DNA from: Octopus sinensis
Taxonomy: Eukaryota
Assembly: GCF_006345805.1 (NCBI RefSeq)
Contig: NC_043013.1
Coordinates: 54,188,001-54,252,000, forward strand
DNA: 64,000 nucleotides
Direction: 5' to 3'
The notes beneath the pieces were generated by a model, which saw nothing but the letters and a program-made list of their open reading frames with translations, did not search any database and was not told the origin of the DNA. Every line of letters begins with the position of its first letter. Positions within the stretch are counted from its first letter, which is position 1. Positions 1 through 13,281 of the stretch are shown piece by piece. Both the position numbers and the translations under genes were made by a program.

Positions 1-514
1 TCCCCATTCAAGTTGTTACCAGGTAGATACATATAAGTTTATAAGGATATGTCATTTGCCTAGGGAATAGTATTTCCACTGCTCTCTTTCAAAATATGCT
101 GCTGTGAGTCACATACATTTGAAAGTGACAACAAAAGGGGAAATTTATTTGATGTCTCTTCTTTATCTTTCACTTCTTCTCACATTTCTCCTTTCACAAA
201 GTTCATTGTTGCATTACCTGCTTAAAATAATACTGATATCACCTATTAACTCAATAATTTATATCATTTTACTTCATGATGAAGTCCCCACCACCACCAA
301 CAACACAGCAACAGAAACAGTTAGAAACAATTGTGCTTGAGTAAGGCATTGTTCTTTAGTGCTGTGAGTAAGAAAGATAAGATGTAGAGAGATTAAAGAA
401 ATTTCAGAATGACAGGAGGTGTAGAGCGATTAAAATTGAAGGTCAGCAAGGGTAACCAAAGAATCTCAGACGATTGAACTCATGACCAAGAAGGTTAAAA
501 TAAACGTTTGGATG

Positions 515-980
515 CATGGGGATGTGTGAGACTGGTCACAGATGGCCCTGCTTGCACTCTTGTCATGTAGTTCATAGTCTTTGGATACCATTATTGTCCC
601 ATAACTTTCAATAGCGACCTCTTCCATAGGTTTTAACCACTTCAAGCATTTGGCTCTTCATTACACAACTGACATCGTTCACACACGTCACAGGCTCAAA
701 CCTGTCTAGTTTTCTCCTTTGCACACAACCTCTTATTCTTCTTGAATCCAGATTTCAATTCAGTTTATTTGTGCATCATTATTCGTGCATTCTACCATTA
801 CACATCCATTGAAGCTAGCTTATTTCCCTACTTTCTGTCCATCATAAATATTCCACATTTAAGTCCCACATCTGACTGATTTGCATTACACTTTGTACAC
901 AAGCATCATACAAAAAAAAACTCTCTTACTCAGAAAGAGAGAAACCCTGGCTACTACATTTTCAGAACATTCACCTCTGC
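515..980 (-). mobile_element. RTE-clade LINE, decayed 3' part of ORF2
   Basis: Minus-strand translation gives RGECSENVVAR..., RIRGCVQRRKLDRFEPVTCVNDVSCVMKSQMLEVVKTYGRGRY*KLWD. This parallels the RTE C-terminal pattern (R-L-x-W-x-G-H-V-x-R...G-R-G-R-P-x-K-x-W) and the better-preserved copy at 45490-46078. It contains stops and indels. Confidence 0.7.
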
Positions 981-2351
981 TGTTAATTATGTCACCTATT
1001 TAACAATAAGCTATTGACTACTTTCAGGTAACACTCCAGACATTTGATGGAATTTATTCTCTATTCATTCTTTCTGCTAATTACCTTTTTGTATCTGCTA
1101 GACATAGTTACAATCGGATAGCATGTAGGCTAGCAGAGATGTTTACCTTTTCTACTTGCTTGTGTGTTATTCCACCTTAGCTCTTATCCATTCATATTTT
1201 ATTTTGTGTACACCACACTGAATTTCTACCAATGCCTCTCCGGCATATCAAGCATGGATGTTTCCCTGGTGGTTGTAAGATCCTAGCTTCTTTCCTACTT
1301 TCTAAATCTACCCTTTACTAAGTTTTCTCTGATGTGTTTTAATATTTGGCTTTGATTCCTTGTCCAGAATTTCTTCTCTAAATCTTCTCTAGTATTATTA
1401 ATTGGCTCAAACTTTGCAAACCAATATTCCAAGCATGCTAGGCAAGTAATAGATTATCCAAATAAGATATCTTCGGAAAGTCATATTAGGATATTAATCA
1501 TGGCATTTAAAAAAAAGGGACTCAATTTTAATGAAAAAGCATTTTATTTAATCAAATTTTTGGCAGGATAAATAATTAAATGTGAGGAATATTTATGTAT
1601 TTATTTTAATGCTGGCCAATCTAATATTTTCTCCATAATGCTGAAGAATATAATGCTTGTAAATTCACACAAAATTCGATGTCAGCTCATTATAGACATG
1701 AGGGAGAAATAAACAACACAGAATTATTCACTTCTTTCATGTGTTATTTAGTGGGGGGGGGTTTATGTTAAGCAATTTTTAAAAGTTTTTTCTCTTTAAT
1801 TCTCTTCAAAGCATTTACAATGATCAGCATTTTAAAATTTCATTATTGATTGGCAACAGCTACAAATACTTTCAATCGACTAACTAACATTACAATAAAA
1901 TCCTCTGTGGATCCATGCAGTTTTACACATGGATCATTACCACATGTATTTTATGGATATGATGATAATTCATCATTATAGAAGTTGAATTATTCAGAAA
2001 GTTTTCAAAATTTAATAAAATCATTAAAGCACTTTCTTCTAATCCCTCTTACACAACCATTATTTAAGGTTTAAAATCAGCGAAGGATGCAATTTTAGTG
2101 TTTCTTTCACAATTACGTTCTTTATTTAGTATTTTTTCCCCCATTAAAATTTGTAATTCAAAAACATTTAATGTTTACTAGAGAGGAAATTAGGGAACTT
2201 CACATCTAAATAATTTGGAAATAAAGAAATGCATGAACTAGAAGTAGACTTAATGTCAAATGAAAGAAAATTAATTTCAGGTTAATGCAAATGATGTAAA
2301 GCTAATTTTTGAACAAAGAATGTTTTATGTTGGGTTTAGAAGAAATGAAGA

Positions 2352-2705
2352 GGCATGGGTGTGGATGTGTAGTAAGAAACTTGCTTCCTAACCACATGAT
2401 TCTGTGTTCAGTTTTGCTGTATGGCAAGCATTTTCTGCTATAGCCTTGGGCCAACCAAAGCCTTGTCAGTGGATTTGGTAGACAGGAACTTGTTGTGTAT
2501 TTATCCTCCACCCTCCACTGCTTGACGACTGGTGATGGAGTGTTAATATCCTCGTAATTTAGTGGTTTTGGATTAGAGACTGATCTAGTAAGTACCAGGT
2601 TTAAAAAATAACTACTGGGAGCTATTCATTTTATTAAAATTCCCCTAGATGGTGTGCCCCAGCATGGCTGCAGTCTAATGACAGAAATAACGATGAGAAT
2701 GGGTT
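2352..2705 (+). mobile_element. tRNA-derived SINE, family B, degenerate near-full copy
   Basis: Head ggcatgggtgtggatgtgtagtaag...gttcagtt, body ccttgggccaaccaaagccttgtcagtggatttggtagac, tail ggtgtgccccagcatggctgcagtctaatgac. All align to the copy at 51783-52201. Confidence 0.7.
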
Positions 2706-4659
2706 CTAAAACTAAGCAATTATATGAATGACATGTAGATTGGTAATTAGATTTCGAACTGCCAATTCGAAAACTATGGGCAGTATGTTTAGATGTTGAT
2801 AATATGGACACTCTATATTTGTGTGTGTGTGTGTTTACAACTTTCTTCAAAACACACAGTGACATTTTGCCCAACTGGATGCTAAAACATTATTTCTTGT
2901 AGGTAGCTGGAATAAGAGATGTTCAGTGATCCTAAAATTGTGATAATAATATTGAAAGTGGGTCAATATATATTGACATAGTCAATATATATAAGATATT
3001 ATTCTCGTAATAATATTCAAATGGGTAAATATACATTCTGTATCAATAATATACACCACTATATAAACCTTCTGTAATATTGTTATATAGTTCAGCGGTT
3101 TTAAAACTGTCAAATATTTATGAAATGTTTGCTCGACCCCAAAGTAGATATGGCATCCACATAATTCTCCTTTCATCACTAAAGTGTCTGATGATAAAAA
3201 GTTAGGAACCATCTTTATGCTATTTAATATAGGACTTTGCCCCCTCCTAGTATGTTCAACCTTCACAGCACCCCTCCCTGCTTGTGAAAAACAGTAAAGT
3301 AGTCTATATATGTAGTATTATTATTATTATAGTGTGAATTCAAAAACAAATGGTTCTAGCTCTATATCTTTGCTGTCTAGCTACACCATCTGACACAATA
3401 CAGATATTAAATAGATTTGTCTTGTTTAAATATTTAAACTAAAATAAATGACACCTATCTGCAGAACATGTTTTCCTCCTTATTCATTGAAAACATTCCA
3501 AGTCATCACCACCATCATTATCAACCAAGAGTATCCAACAAGCGAGAAGATTGCATCAAGCTCCAGTCTCTGCTTTGGAGTGGGTTCTAGAGCTGGGTGC
3601 CCTTTCTTGTGCCAACTACCATAGATTGTACTGGGAGCTACTTTTATGATGTTGGCACTAGCAAGGTTGCCAAGTAACTCACAAGACAAAAGAGAGGCAC
3701 CCCACTTTCAGTCAAATAAAAGCACTGTGGTTCCTATGATTTCAAAATCAAATGATGGTTAACCCTCCCAACCTCTGTTCTCTTTAATGCCATGCCCTTT
3801 ATTCTCTGCCAGAGTACAGATCTGCACTAAATTTACTCTCATCTCCATATTATGTCTCATCTATGATATCTCTCATTCATTGAAATCTTTCCTATTTCAC
3901 CGAATGTAAATCTCACGTTCGTCTCTGTTGTTGTTTCCGTTGACTTATTTCACATCAAACAACAACAACATCTCTAAAGTCTTTCATGACCAAATAGGTT
4001 TATGAATTTAAATAATTCTATATCAATATAAGAATACAGACACCAATTACATATTTATTGATTCAGCAAACCTTCATCATACTTTAATTTATAAAATCTT
4101 AACTACATATTCTTCATGATATTTATAAGAAACTTCTCGTTTTTTTTTCAGTGTCTTTTATTGATTAGTTTGGTAATGACAGGCTTTTCAATATGAGCAT
4201 CATTTCATTATTTAGTATTGTATTAATATAAATACTATATTAAATCAATGATGATCACATCTAGTCTAGCTAAAACAGGGGGTGTGTGTGTGGTGGGGCT
4301 TTTAATTACTACTTTGCTTTAAACCACTTTTACTGTTTTTACAATATACATATATGTACTTAAAGATATGTGGGCTTTTTTTCAATAAGCTTCATATTGT
4401 ATGAGTAAGCATATTAAAGGCGGAGGTGGTGGGGAGTGTATTGTAAAGATTATTTGTACCACGTATCTGTTTATCCTATGTGTACTCAATGATTCAATTA
4501 AAAAATGTAAATGAATGAGTTTCAGTCTGTTTCTAAGTGCTCACTGGAAACTATTTTATGCATGCATGCATATATGTGTGTGTGTGTGTGCATGCATGTA
4601 TGTATGTGTATATGTGATTGTATGAGTCTATGTATGAAGGTGTGTAGTTAGGTAGGTAA

Positions 4660-4882
4660 GAATGCAGAGAGGGTTTGATTGCTAAAGAGAAAGGTTGAGA
4701 GAGAGAGGGGGAGGGGAAAGGCAGAGAAACGTAGAAAGAAGTGGATAAGAAGGAAGAGAGGTAAATAGAGAGAAAGGAGAATAGGGAGACGTGGATAGAC
4801 GGGTAGAGAAGCAGCAAAGTGAGTAGGTAGGTAGAGAGAGAGAGAGAGGTAGTTAGGTAAATAGAGAAAGAGGTAGATCGAT
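4660..4882. repeat. Purine-rich (GA/GGTA) low-complexity tract
   Basis: The + strand is almost entirely A/G over about 220 bp, with (GA)n and (GGTA)n pieces. Confidence 0.8.
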
Positions 4883-6139
4883 AGTCATGCTTGTGAGTCT
4901 ACATGAATGTTTCTGAGGAGTTGTTAAAGGTCTCTCAATGAAAGCAAGGTGTTTTAGAAATAAGTGCAGATTTTATTTCTCATTAAATGATGTAAGTTTC
5001 TTATTCTTATTACATTCAATAACCAAACAATTTTCATAAATTCTCGGGCAGAAACTAGCACGCATCCTTTTATTTCAATAGTGCTAATTAATTTTTTTTT
5101 TTATTGGTAATTCTAAAGAAATTCTAAAATTAACATACAACATACATTTCCATTACATTATTCAAATGTTTTACAAACATCTGAAACTGAATATTTTTCC
5201 TTCTAATACTTCCATGGAAATTAGAGGACATTTTAAGCTGAGCATCTGTAAATGTTTTTTGATTGTAGCAGTTGCTTGTAACTAACTTTAAGCAGGTTCT
5301 CTCAATGTGTTGGTATCATCAAAGTTGTGGCAATAATAACCAACAACTTTGAACAGATTCACAGTCGTCGCCATCTGCACAAATCTAATGTAGCCTGACA
5401 TTCATTCTAATCGAAGCCACTAATAAATTGCTTTACATAACATGCCTTCCTGACTATAGTAATTATAAAATTGTGACAACACCAGGGACAAATCATTAGC
5501 TATTTGGTTAATTACAACCAACATGCATTATGAACTAATTGATTAATATAAAATAGAATATCTGAGCAAGATACAGCTGAGTAAAAACAGACATTACATA
5601 AAAAGTTCCTAAATTAATTTTCTTTGTTCTTTATTGTGTTTGATGAGTCTACAGATAGGGAAAGAATCTGGGGCCTGTGTTGCCTCCCTGGGCCTAATGG
5701 CATTGATGTTGCCAATGTTCACTTTGATCCATTTTGAGTCCACATTTACAGTTAAGACGTAAACCAGAACAGAGTTCTGGGAGTGTGGCCAAGTATGGGA
5801 GAAGAAGCACTGAATATAGTGGGCTGACAAGTATGGGGAGAAATGACAGAGGGACCTAGTGGGGTCGCAGACAACAACATACCTGATTTGACATTATGAA
5901 TCATGAAATTTCAAATTTTTCAAAAGGGAACAAAGCTAGTGATATGATACATGTAATAAATCTACCAAAACTGGTGCCACTTTTCCAAAACCATTGAAGA
6001 GTAAAAGGAAAAGAAAATGAGAACAGTGAATATTTCAATTTTCCCTCGAATTTTGCTTAAAATTGTATTTTCATTTACTTTTTTAATATTTATATGTAAG
6101 TAGTTATCTTGAAAAGAAAAAGAAAAGAATGTTTTTGAT

Positions 6140-6307
6140 AATATATATATATATGCACACACACACACACACACACATGTGTATATATATATTTATATGT
6201 ATACACACACACATATATATATATACACACACACATATATATACACATATATATACACATATATATGTGTGTGTATATGTATATATTTTTATGCATGTAT
6301 GAGTGTG

Positions 6308-6339
<32 letters not shown>

Positions 6340-6470
6340 TATATATATATATACACACACATACATATATACACATATGTGTGTGTATATGTATATATTT
6401 TTATGCATGTATATATGTGTGTGTGTGTATATATATTTATATATATATATATATATACACACATACATAT
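6140..6470. repeat. Compound (TA)n/(CA)n/(TG)n microsatellite with an internal duplication
   Basis: Seen directly. The block tgtgtgtgtatatgtatatatttttatgcatgtat occurs twice (~6265 and ~6377). Confidence 0.95.
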
Positions 6471-7123
6471 ATTTGATAATATTAGGCTTATTTTCTGGAA
6501 AATATTTCATATGTATTTAAAAAGAGTAAATAGTTTTAGAATTAGAATCCCATTATTATAATTGGTTCCTTGCACAAAGGTTACAGGTTCACATTTAGCT
6601 GAAGGTATTTCATTATGTTTTTGAAATATGTACTATACTCTGCATGGCTAAAACTTTACACCTCATTAAGAAATTATCATCTAAAAATTATTAAACTCCA
6701 GTGCTCTCATTGTTATTCAAAACGACCAAGATAACAGCACAAGAGCTGAATGGTCTCTAAGTTTAGAGTGTCGCAGTTCAGAATTCAAATGTTACTCTAG
6801 TCTCAAAACAAAACCTAGTTAAGATTGAGAAAATGATAAAAATCATTAAGTTTTCTTCTCCTAATGTAAGCAGATACAATGTTTTGATGGGCTTTCACCT
6901 CCTCAGTGATAGATACCACCTTGTTCACCTAAAGCTTGGTGTGTCTCTACACAAAATGTCTCCCGGGGAATTTTGTTCCTTGTAAAAGAATCCTACAATA
7001 AATGCCATCCACATTCTATCGTGCATGAACGTGGGAAAAATAAATGTAGATACCATCCTCCTCATCATCATCATATTGTTATTCTTCTTCTTCTTCTTCT
7101 TCTTCTCATTATTATTATTATTA

Positions 7124-7172
<49 letters not shown>

Positions 7173-7702
7173 GAGTGAGAGAGCAGTGCATGCCATCAAA
7201 TTGACACTGGGGTAAAATATACGAAGCCCAGTATACCCATCATGACTACCTATCTGATAAGGGTACACTAGGCACATGCATCACAACATTATGTACGCAA
7301 CATGGTGATCTCATATGAAGATAAACAGGTGAATGACCTTGCAGGTGGGGCCCAGTTAGAATTTTCTTCAGGTCAAGCAGCCCATCCCATTCAAAATGTC
7401 CCTAGAATGAAACAACCATGTCTCCAAAGGTGAATTATCCATACCCCAAAGAACTCTCAACACATAGCTATGATGCTTCCCCACTACTTCTATTCGTGAT
7501 CAGAGATGCACATATCATCAGCCACCGAGGGACATGCTCAACTGGTTAAGGTCAAGCAACTGACAAGCAAATCTGTGGTATTGAGCAGAATATTTGCTGT
7601 ACGCCATCTTTTATACCAAGACAAAACAATGTACATGATAACACTTGCAATCAGTTAAGATCAGAAGCCTTGAGAGCCACTGCCTGGTACTGCATCAGGG
7701 CA
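7173..7702. mobile_element. ~530-bp non-coding interspersed element embedded in (TAT)n on both sides
   Basis: A GC-richer block (gagtgagagagcagtgc...tgcctggtactgcatcagggca) with sharp edges against (TAT)n at 7105-7172 and 7703-7728. It resembles a repeat I recall from Octopus sequence. There is only one copy here, so repetitiveness is not shown by this window. Confidence 0.5.
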
Positions 7703-7729
7703 TTTATTATTATTATTATTATTATTATT

Positions 7730-8445
7730 GCTGCGAGCTGGCAGAATCGGTAGCACATCGGGCAAAATGCTTAGTGGTATTTTGTTCATCTTCATGTTAT
7801 GAGTTCAAATTCCATCGTGGTTGACTTTGCCTTTCATCCTTTTGGGGTTGATAAATTAAGTACCAGTGGAGCACTGGGGTTAAGGTAATCGACTAGCTCC
7901 CACCCCACCAAATTTCAGGTCTTGTGCCATTAGTAGAAAAGATTATTATTATTATTATTATTAAAGGTGGCGACCTGGCAGAAACGTTAGTGTGCCGGGC
8001 GAAATGCTTAGTGATATTTCGTCTGTGTTTACAATTTTGCCTCAACGGCAGTGCATCAGCATGGCTGCAGCTTTGAGCTGAAACTACAGAAAAAAAAATG
8101 AAGAAGGTAGTAAACTGCCAGAATTGTTTGAGCACCAGACAAAATGCTTAGCAGTATTTCATCTGTCTTTAGAGTTTGAGTACAAATTTCCACCAAGGCT
8201 GACTTGGACGAGTCCCTTACCCCAAAATCTCAGAGAGGTTTATCATCATCATCTTTATTATCATCATGGCTGTAATCTGGCAGAATTGTTAGCATGCTGG
8301 AGAAAATACTTAGTGGACATTTCATCCATTTTTATGTTCTGAACTGAAATTTTACTGAGGAGAATTTTGCCTTTCATCCTTTCCAGATTGATAAATTAAG
8401 TACCAGAACAACCCCACCCCCGTCCAAATCTCTGGCATTGTGCAG
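7730..8445 (+). mobile_element. Tandem stack of four tRNA-derived SINE family A copies or fragments
   Basis: A-box-like heads (gagctggcagaa..gttag variants) at ~7733, ~7966, ~8104 and ~8268. B-box gagttcaaattcc and the core gactttgcctttcatcct..ggggttgataaattaagtaccag are present in the longer copies. Confidence 0.85.
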
Positions 8446-9164
8446 TGCATAAAAGCACAAAGGATTAATATTTTTGCTGTTGTTTCATCTAAGATATTGT
8501 ACTTGTTTAGATAATGTTCATGTTGAATACTAGAAAATGATGGTAAAGTCTGTTTACTTTAAGCAAAATTAAATCAGTATTGTTAGAAATCGCCATCATC
8601 ATTTATTTATTAATATAATATTGATGCTGAATCCCTGAAAATGACACTAGAGATGGAATCCTTCATTCCAACAGAAAATTTTTGCCTCTTCTTTAACAAG
8701 AAAGGCCACAAAAATCATGAGACTCCCTGTAAAAAGTCCTTCACAAATGCAATCTCTTTAACTTTACAGCAGTTGATGATGCTATTAGAGCCTGCTTAAC
8801 CCATTTGATTAAACCATTGGGGCAGTGTACACAAACTCATCCTGGTTCCTTTACCAATCACAGACTCTTACTTCTTTTCTCCCTTCTTAACAATTTGGTT
8901 TTCCATGTTACACTCACTGTTCAACAAACACACTTGTCAAGAATATTTTTATTAAGATGCACAACATCCAAACTGCAAATAATGCCTATCTTCATTTTGG
9001 CAAGGAATATGTCTACTGCATTGGATCAGTGGCACCAAGTTCACTGCAGATCAAACATACCTTGCTGTCAAATTCTTTAAAGGACATGCTCAATGTTAGT
9101 TTTCTAATATCATGAATATCTCAATAACTACAAAGTTGAAGTTGCAAAAATAATAATAATTTAA

Positions 9165-9384
9165 CCGTTTAGCATCCAGATTACTCTTCCATCATATATA
9201 ATGCTTAGTAATTCACATTGTTTTGAATTAACCCTACATTATTTCATAGCTTCAAAATTTCGATGATGTGATTGTTTATTTTGAAGATGACATTGTTGGG
9301 TAGGTGAGATAGTCTAAGATCTGACCAATTTGAATATAAAACAGAATATTTCAGTCTGATATTGCAGGTTTAAATGCTAAAGGT
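9165..9384. mobile_element. piggyBac-type MITE (TTAA target)
   Basis: ttaa|ccgtttagcat at the left end and atgctaaaggt|ttca at the right end. This gives an 11-bp imperfect TIR (9/11) flanked by TTAA and a degenerate TTCA. Confidence 0.55.
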
Positions 9385-10219
9385 TTCAAAGTAAATTTTT
9401 ACTGAATTTCCCTCCAATTTCACAATTTTGAAATTTGTTTATTCTCATATTTTATTCAAAAAATAATTTCTTTCAACATTATTCATTACCATTTTCCAAA
9501 TTATAGTTATAATTTGGTGGGAATAATGATTCCCTGGTTTTGAAATAAAGTTATGAGACCACTCATCCTGTCGCAGACTCTTGCATGTATATGCTCTTTT
9601 AATTGAAGGCGGTATTATTTGAATAACTGTTCCAACTATGGCAAAGTTGATATCAAAAGTATCCATCCATGTTATAACATTTAGATTTTAAATCTAAAAA
9701 TAGCAAATACAATTTGACATTTTCTTAATTCAGTTCCATTTTGCTGGTCAATTTTTTAAAAGTATTTTCTTCTCTATTGAACTTTCTTACTCCATTGGTT
9801 CTTGGTAATTTTTTAAAGGTTAGGAACAAAATGCAAAAAATACTTTTAGAAGTAGTCATTTTTATTGGATTTACTTTGTGAAATATGTGCAAAGGAAGAT
9901 TTAACAAATATTTTCACATTTTCATATTTACCAAAAATTTCTTTAAAATATTAACATAAAATATGAAATAATAAACATTATTTTTTATTTTCTTATTTTT
10001 TGAGATTTGGATAAATATAATTATTTCCTAACTTCTGGAAAATAAAACAAATATTTTTTTGTTGCTGTTCATGTGGTGCAAATCATTAAAATAATCTTTG
10101 TATAAGTTCATAACATGAATGTTTGATGTTTGGTGCTGACAGAAAAAGATTTGATAAAAGAAACGAAACATTTTGGAGTTGATCTGTGTTAGTCTTCTAT
10201 ACTATATTCTACTTTGTAA

Positions 10220-10252
<33 letters not shown>

Positions 10253-10255
<3 letters not shown>

Positions 10256-10480
10256 CTTTACTACCCACAAGGGGCTAAACATAGAGGGGACAAACAAGGA
10301 CAGACAAAGGGATTAAGTCGATTACATCGACCCAGTGCGAAACTGGTACTTTATTTATCGACCCCGAGAGGATGAAAGGCAAAGTCGACCTCGGCGGAAT
10401 TTGAACTCAGAACGCAACGACAGACGAAATACCGCTAAGCATTTCGCCCGGCGCGCTAACGTTTCTGCCAGCTCGCCGCC
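10253..10480 (-). mobile_element. tRNA-derived SINE family A, young full-length copy
   Basis: The minus strand starts ggcggcgagctggcagaaacgttag (A box) and has gagttcaaattcc (B box), the core gtcgactttgcctttcatcctctcggggtcgataaataaagtaccag, and the tail gtttagccccttgtgggtagtaaagaaa. Many CpGs are retained. Confidence 0.9.
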
Positions 10481-11465
10481 TTTATAGTTAGCATATATAT
10501 ATATATATGCACACATATATATGCACACACACACATTTGGACAAAAATTACTTAATGCTATGGTAATTCTGTATTTGGAGTCTAGTTGTCTGTTATATTG
10601 TAGTTTCTTTGACATCAAGCCAGTTGGTTTATGAGACAGGAAAAAAAAATTAGCTTGATGGCAAGAAAGTTCCCATGTGTAACTGTTAACAAGATCAGCC
10701 CAAATAAATCTCTCTCTCTCCCCCCTCTCTCTCTCCCTTCCTGCCTACCTGCCTGTTTATATATTACATACAGCTAAAAGAATTAAGTTGGTAGAGTGTC
10801 AGAAAAATTCATCTTTGGGTATTTCTACTGACTCTTTGCAATGTGAGTTCAAATTCTGCCAAGGTCAACTTTGTCGTTGATCCCTCTCAGATCCATAAAA
10901 TATATTCCATTCAAGTATTGGGGTTGATGTGGTTGACAAGCCCTTTCCCACAAAATTGCTAGCAAAATACCAGAATTAGAAACAATATATTACATACAAC
11001 AACATGCACTGTGAGACGTTACCCTCATTAGCTGTTGATGATAGATCACAATGATGTCCGCACTCTTTCACAGCAGTGCCCCTTCCAGTCATATCAAACA
11101 GCATTGATGTTACCTGGGAATGTACAGGTTACTTGACCCAACAGTACAGCACTTTCCTCATCATCGTCCATGTGGCCACCACACCGACCTGTATGTCACT
11201 ATATCCACTCCAACCACATAAACAGAGTGATTGAAATTTCTCATTGTGTTAACATTGCAGAGTGCTTGGTGCAAGAAGCAGATCAATACATGTTTAAGAG
11301 TGCACACACATATGCAATTTACAGAAGGAAATGCAAATATTGATATATCTACTTTCAAATAAATTCATTTTATTTTGAAAATTTGATATGTAGACTCTAA
11401 GTTATTGAAATTCTCTGCCTTCAATCTGTCCTGATGTATTCCTGGTTGTTCTATTGTTGCTTTCA

Positions 11466-11481
11466 ATCTATCTATCTATCA

Positions 11482-11522
<41 letters not shown>

Positions 11523-11533
11523 ACTATCTATCA

Positions 11534-11590
<57 letters not shown>

Positions 11591-11608
11591 ACTATCTATC
11601 TATCTATC
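11466..11608. repeat. (TCTA)n tetranucleotide microsatellite
   Basis: Seen directly, about 140 bp with a few interruptions. Confidence 0.97.
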
Positions 11609-12284
11609 CATCAATAAATAAATAAATGCCTTCCCTAAGTCCAATATTACATTTTTCAGTAGAAGGATGTTATGATATGATGATTTTGTTGTTGTTAATA
11701 ATAACAATAATAAATAAATAAATAAGTATATGAATACAGAAATAAATATCAGTTTTACCCAAGACTCATGAGTTTTCAATATTTGTTTTATCATCAACTG
11801 AGCATGGACTTGATGTTGAAAACTGTGAGATAAGGTGGTTGGTTTATGAAATAGCGGACCCAGTTAGCATTTGAATTTTCACTGAAGAAACTGCCTTATC
11901 ATAGTAACCATACATATAACAAATACAAAGTTACCTAAACTAACACTCTCTCTTTTGCTTTTTCTTTTTTTTTTTTACATAAAGGGTGACTCTACTTGTA
12001 GATACTAGGAGCTTATATGCATATATTTCTCATTGTATTTCTCCTATATTGTTATGTTATAGCAAACAGTACTCAATATAAGACGTCAGCTATGAAATAA
12101 TAAAAGAGAATGGGAGATGAAATCACAGTCTGACATAGTTATGAAACTAAATCCACAGTCACGTAATTCTTGTTAACCACACTCCAAAATAACGGGAAAA
12201 TTAATAATGTATACCTGTGTGTATGACTGCGCACACATACAAATATATATATAATATATATAAGGAGATATTGTGTGTGTATGT

Positions 12285-12334
<50 letters not shown>

Positions 12335-12777
12335 ACTCAAATTAATGAGCTTGGATAAGTTTGTATACCTTGTACGGAAGAGGTGACCCATTGCATTGGG
12401 CTTGTACCTTAATTGGGAAAAGAATGAATTAAAAGGGCTGTTTTAATTTCTCTCTTCCAAATCCATTCACAGAACTTTGGTCAGCCTGGGGCTGTAGTAG
12501 GAGTAGTAGAAGACACTAAAGGTGTTGCACGGTAGGACTAAACTTGAGTTTACATGGCTTGGAAGCAAATTTCTCAAATAAAAACTCATGCTGAGTCTAC
12601 ATGCATATATTTGTGTGTGTGTGCTTATATATATATATATAACAATTTTTTGCATAATAAGATAAAAAACCAAGCTGTGTAGACTTGTGGCTACTATATA
12701 TATATATATATATATAGTAACCACATGTGGATCATTGGCGATTATTTTTTTTTCGTTTGGACTTTCCTCCGTCTCCT

Positions 12778-12812
12778 GTTTCTCGTGAAGAGCTTTGCTC
12801 GAAACGTAAAAC
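12778..12812 (+). ncRNA. Minimal type I hammerhead ribozyme relic (family H1, copy 1), core mutated
   Basis: gttt-ctcgtga-a-gagc ttt gctc-gaaa-cgt-a-aaac. Stem I GUUU/AAAC; stem II GAGC/GCUC; GAAA intact; palindromic ACGU stem III; GUA cleavage triplet. CUGANGA is mutated to CUCGUGA. Confidence 0.6.
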
Positions 12813-13109
12813 CACCTTTCTTTCCATTCTTCAGTGTCTGCTAATACTTTGCATGTGCCACATCCTCACGTTGTTGTTTTCTCTTTTTGTGTTTGTTGTT
12901 TATTTATCTTTTTATTTATACATATATTCATATATCTACATATTTATATATATATACATACATACATAATAGACATATACATATATACATGTGTATGTAT
13001 ATATATATATATATATACATACATATATATAGCTTAATTTCTAAATGTTTGCTTATCAGTGAGTTGTCTTACAAATAAATAAATATAAAGTCAATGTATC
13101 TTTTATTGG

Positions 13110-13281
13110 TTATGTCTTCAATTTCGTTCTATAGTTTATCAGTTAATTGTTTTAGGAGTAAATGTTGTGTTTATAATAAATTATGTCTCAATTTCCTTCC
13201 TTACTTTATCAGTCAATTGTTTTATAAATAAAATAATGTTGAGGTGCATAAAAAATTATGTCTTCAGTTTCATTCCATAGT
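13110..13281. repeat. Degenerate tandem repeat, 71-75 bp period, about 2.3 copies
   Basis: ttatgtct(t)ca(a/g)tttc recurs at 13110, 13181 and 13256. tttatcagt(t/c)aattgtttt is present in the first two units. Confidence 0.7.

Noticed and set aside
6090-6561. Overlapping long ORFs rich in Y/I/H/T/C/V (also at 12139-13078, 20737-21848, 22886-23344, 30207-31122, 57158-57516 and 59945-60353)
   Set aside because: They are translations of (TA)n/(CA)n/(TG)n microsatellites, which lack stop codons by construction.
8640-9090. Moderately GC-rich, coding-looking stretch (ORF 8805-9080 and antisense frames)
   Set aside because: There are stops in the alternative frames and no motif I could assign. It may be a very old LINE fragment but I cannot support that.
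10400-10480. tRNA-like A and B boxes here and in the other SINE heads
   Set aside because: No cloverleaf can be formed and the sequence continues into SINE core and tail. These are SINE heads, not tRNA genes.
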